This document shows, piece after piece, positions 24,930 through 36,535 of a stretch of 64,000 bases of DNA. Location: contig AP026151.1 of NCBI GenBank assembly GCA_030295235.1, forward strand, positions 1 through 64,000, given 5' to 3'. This DNA comes from Fistulifera solaris. Lineage: Eukaryota. The translations under genes were made by a program, and so were the position numbers. Every line of letters begins with the position of its first letter. Position 1 is the stretch's first letter. A model generated the notes under the pieces. That model was not told the DNA's origin, made no database searches, and saw nothing but the letters and a program-made list of their open reading frames with translations.

Positions 24930-25500
24930 TATAGTTCGTCATAAACATGTTTATGAAAAATCGTATGCAGTTTATGCAAGTTTATGCATGTTCATGCAAG
25001 TTTATTCAGTTTATTGTCTGTCCCTCGTCCCGCTCGCACCAGAAGAGGTTATCCCGTCTTTCAATGATTTTAGACATATCTAAGTATGTTAAATTGCTCC
25101 ACATTTGATTGGTCAACAACTATTTTGATGGTCGCTTTGAATGTTGTACGAATTTATGCACCTTTTCAACTTTTTTAACATCATATCTATATTGAGCGGA
25201 CTTTTGGTTGATCAGCAACCCGGCTAACCAAAGCACAACGAATAATTTTTAGGGCATTCAAGCTTTCCAAGTTGTTTGTGTTGTCAGTGTTTAGCTGGTT
25301 CAATGCCCAGGGCTTAAAAAACCATGATTAGGTTGCTCTGTAATAATTCACGCATGCAAACAAAGCACGCACAAACCCGTACCACGGACAGACTCTAAAA
25401 GCATAAACATGTTTATGAAAAATCGTAAACGAATAAACACGTTTATAAACCGTTTAAACAGTTTATGTTTATTGACCAAATAAACACGTGCCGAACTATA
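24930..25500. mobile_element. Non-autonomous hAT-type DNA transposon (MITE-like), 571 bp
   Basis: 8-bp TSD GTTTTGAC at 24922-24929 and 25501-25508; TIR TATAGTTCGTCA / TGCCGAACTATA (12 bp, 1 mismatch); subterminal GTTTAT/ATAAAC repeats; no transposase. Confidence 0.85.
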
Positions 25501-25585
25501 GTTTTGACTACAATGCACAATAAGTATTTTTATTGTCCAAGAGTTTACCAGTAGGGTAAGGTTTCCGACAAACGAGCATGCCACG

Positions 25586-26171
25586 TAGGGTCCCGACCGG
25601 GTTGTACCCGTCCATGACTGTTCCCCGTCCGGAAGGGTGGAAGGCTTCGATGGAAGGGTGGGTTGGCAAGACCCGTCCATGGAAGGGTGCCCGTACGTAC
25701 GTCGTCCCTACACTTGGAGGAGATAGAAGATATAAAGATATTATGCACTAACTGCGCAGAGGGCGGCAAACGTCAACTTGAACGAAAATTTTCTTCGGGT
25801 GGTTTCATGTAATCATTTTCCTCAACATCCAACATACAAATAGGATATTCAAATTATTGCCCCATGGTCTCAACCCACAATCGTCAACAGAGCAGTCATC
25901 TCAGTGATAAGCGATGTATATTCAATAATAATAGCTGCAGACTTCTGTTCTATTAGTAGCCTAGCTTATAAGGATCAATTGTTTTTTGGATAGTGTTTTT
26001 TTAATTCGCCTGCGGCTGCTACTGGTACGTAGGCTCCACGAAGGGTTGAGTCCCGCGGTCGGGGACGAGCGGGACTGGAACCCTTCCGCGGGACGGACCC
26101 GGACGGGTATGGAGGGCCTTCGGACCCTGTCCGTGGGACGGGTGCAAAATTTCAACCCGGTCGGAACCCTA
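25586..26171. mobile_element. Non-autonomous hAT (Ac/Ds-like) DNA transposon, 586 bp
   Basis: 8-bp TSD ATGCCACG at 25578-25585 and 26172-26179; 19-bp TIR TAGGGTCCCGACCGGGTTG / CAACCCGGTCGGAACCCTA (1 mismatch); GC-rich subterminal CCGTCC/GGACGG and GGAAGGG repeats. Confidence 0.92.
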
Positions 26172-26210
26172 ATGCCACGGCGTCCAAAAATATTTTTCGT
26201 CCTTAACCTA

Positions 26211-26747
26211 GCCTACTGCTTATTGCTTATTGCCTATTGCCTATTACCTATTGTAGATGTATGCGGTATACGAGCATTAGTCTAGTGCAAAACTGTGAAT
26301 TATTCAAACAATGCAAGAAGCAAGAAGCAACCATGTCTCGTGACTTAAATCGAGTCGCAAAATTATGGGCTACAATAAAGAGCACATTTCTGAACCAAGA
26401 ACAATCGAACAATCGAACGTAGCGAGAAAGAAATCAAATACTCTAGGAGCTAGGAGTAATATTATCGAAGATCCAAGATCCAAGATATAGTTTGCGTGTC
26501 GATGGTAGAGAGTAGAGACTGTTCCTTGTGACTTCTCTGTATCTTATTGCCACCGGAGAAACGAGAAACGAGAAAACGGCAAAGCGCGAACAGAATCGAA
26601 CCACCAAATCACAAATCACCAAATACCAAATACTGGTACCAAATGTGAAATAATGTGAAATGTGAATCGACCGTCCCCACTTCCCACACAAACACTGATA
26701 CCAACTTTTCAATGTATCCTGTATCCTTGATCCTTGCTCCTTGCTCC
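26211..26747. repeat. Cluster of unrelated short tandem repeats, nearly all of 7-bp period
   Basis: GCYTATT-like x6, GCAAGAA, CTAGGAG, AAGATCC, GTAGAGA, GAGAAAC, CAAATCA/CCAAATA, AATGTGA and TGTATCC/TTGCTCC tandems. Confidence 0.85.
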
Positions 26748-27347
26748 AAGAGTACTTTTTATTTCAGAAACAAGCAATACTGGGACTGGACATTTAGCTC
26801 CAAATTTTTGAACGGGTCATTACACCAAAAATGAAAAATTGATGCTAGTTTTGGAAAAACTCTTTATTCTCTGTTGCAAGAAGAAGTCATAGCGGTACCA
26901 ACATATAGTGTAGATTGTTTTCGAGGACGGTTTATTGAATGCCCATTTTTCGATGAAAAGACAGGCCGGCAAATTCTTACAAGATTTGCATGAAATACCT
27001 TATTGTTTCGAACCAAAGCTGTTTTTTTCTTTTTTCACTCAAAGCTTTTTTTTGTAGTTTGATTTGACTAATAATCATTGAGACGCTGTGCAATTAGCTG
27101 TACTATGAGTCAAGACACACCGAACTCTCCCCGATCTCTGCATTCCCTACAGCATTTCCTTGTGTTGGTAATCGTGGAGGTCTGATTGATTGCATTGCCA
27201 ACTGCACACCCCTTCTGTACTATTTTTGATCGACCGTGATCGAACCTTGACAAGTCATCTTCAATTGTTTGTTGTTGATGCAATCATAAATGCAAAGCAC
27301 ACGAGCTTCTTCGTTCATTTTCCCCTTATAAAACAGAATAATACACC

Positions 27348-28004
27348 ATGATTGCCGATGCCTGGAAAGATGACTTAGTAATCGACTTCAACAATCAACT
27401 AGTCGATCTCTCCAATTTGCTCTCAACTCGAGCACAAAGGAGGAGCACCCTCAAGGAAGTGCCTTTATTATCACCCAAACGCCCGCCTCGAAGACGCTTA
27501 TACCCTATTGTACCAACAGCTGATTCTATCGAGAAAGAACAGCTTACGAAAGAGATGGAGCAACTAACACTTGAGAATAGCTACGCTCCGAGAAAACACA
27601 ACCTTCGTGACACATATAACCTACAAAGCGTCCCTTTACTTCAAGAAGACTATCCACACCCTCCGCTTTCGCCACCTCCTCGTCCCGGAACAGCAACCTT
27701 CTGCTCACCGAGATGCTCGCTAAAAGAAGACGAGAAGATTGCAAAAATTTCCAAGGAGAACGGATCTTACGGATCTATGCAAATTGAAGTGTATCCAGGC
27801 GTATTCGCACCACTGAGGGGCGCCGAAGAAACAAGCCGAGCATTCGCGCTTCAACGATTTAGGGACGCGACCTGCTTTGATTGTTCTGCCAAGTTAAGAT
27901 GCATACAAGACGCCGAGTACGTACTATGTCCCAAGTGCAAAGTCATCAGTCCACTTTTGACTGAAAATGGACACGGAATCGGCCTAGGTTTAATGATCGG
28001 ATAG
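27348..28004 (+). CDS. Hypothetical protein with C-terminal CxxC...CxxC zinc-ribbon-like domain (diatom-type family)
   Basis: IEVYPGVFAPLRGAEET...CFDC...YVLCPKCKVISPL...GIGLG; intact 218-aa ORF. Confidence 0.8.
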   Translation: MIADAWKDDLVIDFNNQLVDLSNLLSTRAQRRSTLKEVPLLSPKRPPRRRLYPIVPTADSIEKEQLTKEMEQLTLENSYAPRKHNLRDTYNLQSVPLLQEDYPHPPLSPPPRPGTATFCSPRCSLKEDEKIAKISKENGSYGSMQIEVYPGVFAPLRGAEETSRAFALQRFRDATCFDCSAKLRCIQDAEYVLCPKCKVISPLLTENGHGIGLGLMIG

Positions 28005-28251
28005 AGCATTAACACTATTAATCAGTTCAGTTTTGTCATAAACTGAATGTTTATTCTTGCTTTTCGTGCCTTAAATTGATCCTCGCTTGCTGGAACCATT
28101 ACAGATGATCGAGACTTCACGGAAATAAAATACTCCTTTCAATTCCGAAAATAAATACGGAGTAATCGATGATGCTATAGAGCGCAGAGGAGTAATACGG
28201 GTTCATTTATACTTGAATCGATGCAAGTAAAGGGTAGCTACCGATTAAGTA

Positions 28252-29581
28252 TCACCTTTGATCGCTTTCAAGCGAGAGTAGCGAGAACGAGTCGTCCTCG
28301 AAAGAAGCAGCGCGATACGGAATTGCTGGTTGTTGGTCGGTGCTTTTGGCGCCAAGCTGGTCTGAAGTTGATGTCGATGGCCGTTTCGATGCCCTACAGG
28401 TGACCTCCTTCTGAGCTGGCTTTTCCCAAATCTCTAGTTCCGAGAAAAGGGAACCAGTCTCCGAGACAAACGTACCAACAAAAGTATCATCCTCTTCAGA
28501 TGAAATACATTCACCTCTTGCTAGTTTGATCGAATCGACGGCCGAACAAAAGGGCTTCGGGTTAAGTGAAGAATATGAATCGGCGAAGGTGCCAAGAGCC
28601 GTATCCTCTTCCGAAGGCAAGTACTCGCGTGTCGCCGCACGAGCACTTTCAGAAGCCATCGACATTTGAGCCATTTGCTGGCTAATGAGTACAAGGGGTT
28701 CAATCTCGTCGGGACTTGAGTGTCTTGCTGGTGGCCGCGGGGCAGCTCGGTTTACCGAAGATTGTTTAACATCACTCAAGAACCTATGTGTGTTTCTTTC
28801 CAAATGGGAGCTACGATGATGAAGCTTATCTTCTGACTGATGCTGGGAGTATTTGAGATCGAATGAGGGTTTTTTTGAATTGATGATTAACTCATGAGCC
28901 GGCACTACGTGTCGCTGATCGTCTCGTACGGGGCGCTGCTCTCGACTTTTTCTTTTCTCTTTCGATCTGCAGTGCAATCTCCATGTCGATTTGTTTCTGT
29001 TCTTTGAGTTTTTGTTGAATCAACTTTAAATCTCGCTTTTCTTGCTCGCGCGTATAACGCTCTGCGTCACCAGAACTTCGATGTTTACTTTTTGTCAAAC
29101 TAGCCCTGCGCTCCTTTTCTTTTTCTTCCTTAATCATCTGTTTCATTCGCTTTTTCCGTTCATTTCGCTCTTTTTTCTCCTGCAATTCACGTTCTAGCTG
29201 CGCATGCATAGTCTTGAGCATTCTGATGGTAGTATCTTCATCTTCAATTTGTAACACAGGTCTTCCCTCCAACGGAAGTATCATTGCAGCCTTTTCTCCA
29301 GGTACAGGTTGCGGTTGCTCGTAAGTCTCAACAGGGCTCTTTTCAACAATGGTGGATGCAGTGAGGCTCTCTTGCCGTCGAACACGTCGATTCGTAGGTG
29401 CAGCATTGACGTTCTGCAGCGGTTCTAAGCCCGTCAGTCCGCTGCGAGTCGTAATAGTGCTTGTGCTCGATATGAAAGTGTTGTCCTCATCGCGAAGACT
29501 CGCCAGTGTATCGGCATGACGTACTTCAATCGTCATAAACTTTCTCGAGTCTCGTCGCTGTATAAGATCTTCGGGGATCAT
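28252..29581 (-). CDS. Hypothetical low-complexity/coiled-coil protein
   Basis: ORFs 28892-29626 (first ATG at 29581) and 28252-28977 overlap and join through one frameshift near 28960. Confidence 0.6.
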
Positions 29582-29857
29582 TTCTGAAGAAGGATCGAAA
29601 AGAAAGAGCGCAAAAGAACTTTTCACCTTTGATCACCTTTGATCGAACGCAACTTCGTCAGACTGAATACCTCTATCACTATCACTGTGTGAAGTACTGA
29701 AAGATCGGTAGGAATGAAAAGAAGCAAGAGGCTCTCTACCAGATGATGATTGAAGGCGTTTCGTTTTCTTTCTCTTTCATCGTCCAAAACATAAAAACTC
29801 AGCAAGCGCGATGCCGGATGCATGTGTGCATGCCCACGATCGAAATATCACGCCCTC

Positions 29858-30095
29858 CAAGTAAAATATGCGGTCTATTCGGGTATGTCTGTCATGGTAC
29901 GGCATATTCCCTCACCACGTCCGAGAGGTTTTCGTCCCTTCGGGGTTTCCTCTTCAACACCTTGCTGCTAGCCTTTAACGCACAATTACTCTAAGACGTT
30001 TTTACGACCTTACGAGCTTTAGCATCTATTGCATTCTTATCTTTCTCAGATATCTTTATCCTCGTAAGTAAAGCCCTAACGACAAGGGAAACTTG
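29858..30095 (+). repeat. 5' LTR
   Basis: CAAGTAAAATATGCGG...GACAAGGGAAACTTG, identical by eye to 36298-36535. Confidence 0.95.
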
Positions 30096-30503
30096 GTTTA
30101 TCAGACCCAGCCACCGCGGAGCCGGCAGCACAACGTAAACGAAAAAAAAAAAAAAAACGACGAAGCGATCTGGCATGTGCCGATCGTTGCATCTACCGAT
30201 AGAGGTGCAAAGTGACCGGTATTTCGATACTTGAGCACATGCCGTTGTGCATGCTTTGCGAGTCACAGACCAACGGAATGGTCAAGACGGTCGGGACGAA
30301 CCGGCAACGACAGCCGTCAGAATGCGCTGTCCGAAGCTGGCCATAAAAAGCCGCTTGAAACGAAGTAAAGGAGAAGTATTTATCTCTTCCTTGTGTTGTA
30401 TGCATTACGCGGATGCGATGCTCACACAAAATGGATCGTGACGAAACACGATTACGAAAACGACTAACGAACTCATTTATCTATTTTATTATTTCAGGAC
30501 ACC

Positions 30504-33500
30504 ATGGAACAGTTGCCTCCCGACGCCATTCCCCAGACCGTGACCCAGATCATGGCCCTCTGTGGCATCCCTAACGCCCCTCCTGTTGATGCGAACATGG
30601 TTACTCCTGCTCGCTTCATCGCGTTGGAGATTTTCGGTGACTCCTTCGCCAGGCTCGCAACATTAAGTTTGAGCAGTTGGAGAAGGAACTTGCCGAACTC
30701 GCTCAGATCCCTGAGCAGCCTTTCCGTGTTCCTCCCTCGCGCACGCAACTGCATGAAGGCGTTCATTGCATGGGGCGAAGGAGTGCGAGATCTGTGGTTT
30801 CGATCCGGCAACGACGGTGTTCCCAGTGCAGGCGGCGCCGGAACTCATCGAGTTGGCTGGAGTCCGTGCAGCATTCATTGCTAATGCAAAGATCACTGCC
30901 ACAGCTGCCAAGCCAAACCCGTTCAAGTCGAGCGATACGTGGGCGAAGTGGGCGCCGTTGGTGGTTAACTTCTTGGGCGCCAGGTTCCTAACGCGATGGG
31001 CATTCCTTTGTCCTATGTCATTCGTGACATTGAGCAGCCCATTTATGATGTGACTCTTGGTCCTGAGCGTGCGCTCGACCGTTATGTCATGGCTGCCCCT
31101 CTTGATGGTCCGCAGTTTAAAGCGGATACGTTACAGGTCCACACCTATATTGCCAGCTTTATTGCAGGTAATACTAAAGCGGAAGCGACGGTAAGCACCA
31201 TGCGGCTAAGGCCTGTGGCCGCACGGATTGGGCAGCATTAAAAGCGACATACTGAAGGGACTGGCGTGTACCGGGTCGAATTGCTTGACGCAGAACGTGT
31301 CATTGACGGTTCGTTCTTCGCAGGAGAAAAAGCGGGCTACACTTGGACGAAGTTTGAGCAAGAGCTGGTGACTGCTTTTCATGTTCTCAACTCCAACGCA
31401 GGAGATGGTATTGTTCGTTACTCTGACACGGACATGACGAAGCTATTGGTGAAGAAGACGAGCTCTTACCAGCCTCTTGTCGCTGACGAATGCCATGATC
31501 ATGGCTGGCCTTTCAAAGCCAGTTCCTGATATGAGCTTTGAACAAGCTCTTGCCCTAACCCGTCAAATTGTTCAACAGCATGTGAAACCAGGAGGCGTTT
31601 TCCAATCGCAACATCAGGTCAGCAACGACGCAGAAGAACAACGAAAAGAACGCCTCACAAAGCCAAAGGTAAAAATGCGAGATTTAAAAACAGGAAAGGA
31701 CGTGGGACGCGCAACCGCGAACGATGAGTATACAATTACTTTGAAAAATGGTAACAAGTTGAACGTCCATCCATCTTATGATTTTTCAGACGACGAAATC
31801 CGGCAGATGCAGCCCCACGATTGGCAGAAGATCCGCGACGCCCGAGCAGCATATAAAGCGCAGCGACAGAACAACCGTTCTATCAATGCAACTAACACAG
31901 GAAATCAGCAAATGGACGCAGCAACATTGATTTCAGCATTGACTGGCGCTACTTCTCAATCTCCAAATGCAGGTTTTACAATTACAGTCGCACAAACTAA
32001 CACCGATCCTGTTGGTACAGTTCATGGTGGACCTAAACGAACAAGCAATGATACGTGGCAATCGTTCTATCTCTTATTTCCAATCGACTCGCTCCACTGC
32101 CAACGACAGATCAGTGCAAGCGACGCGCAGTGCTATTCCGCAACCCGGCGTATCGGCAGCAAACGAATGTGATTCCAATGCCGACACGTGTTGCGCCGGT
32201 AAGAACTTTGTCGTTATCTCTTACACTAATCGCACTGCCAATGTTTATCCATATGACGCATCATACGAACCGGTGCGAGGCGTGCCAATTGTTTCGGCCG
32301 CGACAGCTTGGATGAATCCAGTGACTGGCGAAACAGTCATCCTTGTCTTGAATGAATGCTTGTATTACGGCTCAAACTTCCCCACACTCTCTGGAATCCC
32401 AACCAACTACGTTATAACGGCGTCACCGTCAACGACAACCCCTTCGACCCATCAGAAGACCGCTTGACGCTGCAGATCGATGACTTGGTGGTTCCGCTTG
32501 AGTCCAGTGGCACAAAGATCCAATTCTTCTCCCGCACGCCAACACAGCACGAACTGGATACCTGTCGTCACTTGCATCTCACCAACGAAAACGAATGGAA
32601 CCCACGCTGACGTTCACGCTGCAACCAGACATTCCTTTTGTCTCTCGTACCTCATCTTTGCACTTTGATATTGTACAGGAGCCCGGCTTGTTCGACGTCT
32701 CTCCAGCCCCTCGTCGCTCTTAAAGAACATGCTATCGCTTCTGTCAGTGTTACATCGGATGAAGAGATTCGTGTTTCATCTACAGATGTTTGACTCGCGA
32801 CTTCGGCCTGAGGGGACCGAATTTGAGGGGACTTCAGCGCCGGAACCGAGACTTGGATTCGAAGACCTTCCAGCACGACGTACATTTGAATCTTCTGAAC
32901 GACATCCAAAGGTGACGCCCGATACATTTAAGTGAACAATGGAACATCGGAGAAAAGCAAGCAGAAGCAACCTTACGGGCCACACGGCAACGCGGCACGC
33001 GATCAGCGATTTTACCACTTGCCCGACGTTACCGTGCCGACCGACGCTATATCGTGCCTCACATAAAAGGTAAAGTGTCCACTGACACATTGCATGCCGA
33101 CGTTAAGTCCTTGACAGGAATGAAATACGCTCAAGTATATTGGAAGAAAGGCGGCTTATCCGCAGTGTACCCAATGAAAGATAAAACAGGCGACTCAATT
33201 GGTAACTCATTGCATTCTTTCTGTCATGAGTTTGGCGCACCTGAATGGCTAACCCATGATGGTGCGGCGGCTCAAGCACGAAGCTAACACGCTTTCAGCA
33301 GATGATGCGACGCTACGACATCCTATCTCATGTAACAGAAAAGGATCGACCGAACCAGAACCCAGTGGAGCAGGGAATCGGACAGCTAAAGATGAAGCTT
33401 TACCGAGCCATGCACAAGCGTAATGTGCCACGACGGCTTTGGGACTACGGCCTTAAGTGGGTGTCAGAGATCGGCAATCTAACTGTGAATTCATCGAAGT

Positions 33501-36190
33501 ATTCCGATGGACGGACGCCGTTGGAATGCCTGACAGGCGAAAGACGCCCGACATCAGTGAGTATACTGACTTTGGCTTTTATGATTATGTTGTTTATCGC
33601 AGCAACGCCGGACTGGGTGAAAACAGTCTGGGGCGCTGGCTAGAGTCTCACACCGCGTTGGTAACTTAATGGCATATTGGGTCCTACCGGAGTCCGGCAT
33701 CCCTATTTCAGTCACAACAGTCCAACGGTTAACGCGGCTCGAGATGCAAACGGACGAGTGGAAGGCACGGATGGCCGACTACGAATGCAGGCTGAAAGAA
33801 CGGCTTGGCGTGAAACGCCACTCGAGGTACCGAATGATATACCCGGACGACTTGTGTTTGGGAGTGCTGGAATGGGAAAGTCAAGCCTTCCTTGACGAGT
33901 TCCAACGAGTGATTGATGACCCAGCTGTGCCGCACGGATCGGACGACTTAATTGGACCAAACGACGACACATATGTTGATATGAGACTTAGCTTAAAACG
34001 AAACCGCGACGGCAAATTGGTAGCAGCAAGAGTGGTCAAAGGGCAACCGATGAAGACGGCAAACCGCTTGGGACACCGGACGATAACCCACTCCCTCGAT
34101 ACCAGCCAATACGTGGTAGAGTACATTGACGGCGTTTGCGAAGTGCTTACAGCTAACACCATTGCACAAAATATTTTATCCCAGGTCGATGATAACGGCT
34201 ATGGCGGCCGCGAGTTAGACGAGATCCTCGACCACCGAACGACCGACAAAGCGGTACCGAAAGAAAAAGGGTGGATAACAACGGGGACGGGAACTCGGAG
34301 ACGCATTATCACGACGAAAGGATGGGAAATACTGGTGCAATGGAAGGACGGCTCTTCAGATTGGATAGCATTGAAAGATTTAAAGAACACGTATCCGGTC
34401 GAGTTGGCTGAATATGCAGTGAAGCATGAGTTGCAGGAAATGCCGGCGTTTGCATATTGGTACAAGCATGTGTTAAAGAAGAGGGACCGAATCTTGTCGA
34501 AGCTCAAAACAAAGTATTGGGAACGGACTCATAAGTACGGCATTCGGATTCCTAAGACGATGAAAGAGGCGTTGCAACTCGACAAAGAAAGCGGCAACAC
34601 CTACTGGTATGACGCAATACGTAAAGAGATGAAAAACGTGCGCGTGGCGTTCGAAGTCTACAACGGGCGATTAGAAGATCTCATTGGTTACGAACAGATC
34701 ACTTGTCATATTATCTTCGATGTCAAATTGAGCGAAGGCTTCCGACGAAAAGCGCGATTCGTTGCCGACGGCCACAAGGTAGAGACACCGCCAACGATTT
34801 CGTACAGTTCTGTTGTGTCTCGTGACTCTGTTCGCATTTGTTTATTACTTGCGGCTCTTAATGGAATTAAAGTGATGTGTGTTGATATTCAAAACGCGTA
34901 TCTCACCGCACCGAACCGAGAGAAAGTTTATATAAAGGCCGGTCCGGAGTTTGGAAGTGAAGAGGGACTCTGGATGCTGGTGGTTCGGGCGCTTTATGGC
35001 TTGCGTGGTGCAGGAGCTTCCTTCCGTGCCTACCTTGCTGAAGTTGGAAGAGATGGGATTCGTGCCTTGTGTGGCGGACCCTGACGTTTGGATGCGACCA
35101 GCAGTGAAAGCCAATGGCGATGAATACTACGAATATATTCTCTGCTATGTTGACGACATTATGTGCATCAGTGATGACCCGGTTAAGGTATTAAAGGAAT
35201 TGGGTCAGAGCTTCCAGTTTAAGAACGACGAGATAAAGGAACCAGATATGTACCTCGGAAGACATTAAAACAACGCACATTGGACGGCGTTCCCCGATGG
35301 TCTGTGACGGCGAATACCTAAAAGCGGCAGTCGAAAATTTGGAAAGACAATTGGACGAAAAGAAATTGAAACTACCGAATGCGCTAAGTGCACCGACAAA
35401 CAGTAACATTGTGTTTGAACTCGATGACTCACGTTTGCTTGATGAAGAGGAGATCACTCACTTCCAAGAGTTGATTGGCATCTTGCGATGGGCAACGGAA
35501 CTTGGGGCGAATCGATATATTGCTTGAGGTCTCACTGTTGTCATCCTTCCAAGCGATGCCGAGGTGGAATCACTTACAGGAGGTCTATCGTATCTTTGCG
35601 TTTATTAAAAAGAATCCGAAGTTCTCTCTCTACATGTCGCCGGAGTTGCCGAAATTCGAATTAATGCAGATGACGAGGCAGGCGGATGACTTCAAAGAAC
35701 ATTATAGAGACGCAAAGGAAGAGTTGCCGCCCACGAATGCCGAAGCCACGGGGTAAGTCTGTGGTCATATCTGCATATGTTGATGCATCGCATGCGCGGC
35801 GAACCAGGTTACACGACAATCGCATACTGGGATTCAGATCTTCGTCAATCGAGCGTTGACGATGTGGTTTAGCAAGAAGCAGTCGACGGTTGAATCCAGT
35901 GCATTTGCGAGTGAATTTATTCGCGATGAAGACGTGCATCGAGATGATTGTTGGTTTACGATACAAACTACGGATGATGGGAGTACCGTTAGACGATGAG
36001 CCAAGTAAGATCTTTTGCGACAACAACTCGGTGGTATTAAATTCTTCCCAGTTTTCATCGACGTTATCTAAGAAGCACAACTCAGTCGTACCACCTAACG
36101 GCGTTGGCATGTGGCGGCTGGGATAATCGAGGTCATATGGATTCCTACGCACAAGAATCTGGCTGACACGTTCTGAAAACGATTAAGTAA
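30504..36190 (+). CDS. Copia gag-pol polyprotein, fragmented by many 1-bp frameshifts
   Basis: Protease ECDSNADTCC (~32165); integrase STDTLH...LTHDGA...NQNPVEQ; RT FDVKL..RRKARFVADGH, VDIQNAYL, RALYGL, YILCYVDD; RNase H YVDASHA and IFCDNNSV. Confidence 0.9.
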
Positions 36191-36297
36191 GTATACGCGC
36201 GATACCCTCTTTGGGGATATTGCTTACTATTAACAATAACTGGCGTGGGGTGAATAACAAATCGTCCAACACGGGATGATGAACGATTTGAGGGGAC

Positions 36298-36535
36298 CAA
36301 GTAAAATATGCGGTCTATTCGGGTATGTCTGTCATGGTACGGCATATTCCCTCACCACGTCCGAGAGGTTTTCGTCCCTTCGGGGTTTCCTCTTCAACAC
36401 CTTGCTGCTAGCCTTTAACGCACAATTACTCTAAGACGTTTTTACGACCTTACGAGCTTTAGCATCTATTGCATTCTTATCTTTCTCAGATATCTTTATC
36501 CTCGTAAGTAAAGCCCTAACGACAAGGGAAACTTG
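36298..36535 (+). repeat. 3' LTR
   Basis: Copy of 29858-30095, preceded by the PPT TTTGAGGGGAC. Confidence 0.95.

Larger units (their letters stand above)
29858..36535 (+). mobile_element. Full-length Ty1/copia LTR retrotransposon of diatom CoDi type, 6,678 bp
   Basis: Two identical 238-bp LTRs; CCTC flanks both sides; GAGGGGAC polypurine tract before the 3' LTR; domain order gag-PR-IN-RT-RH. Confidence 0.96.

Noticed and set aside
25552..26210. Outer inverted repeat TAGGGTAAGG / CCTTAACCTA suggesting the second hAT is nested in a tiny element
   Set aside because: Only 10 bp with a mismatch and no convincing TSD.
30073..30080. Telomere-like GCCCTAAC within the LTR
   Set aside because: A single unit, expected by chance.
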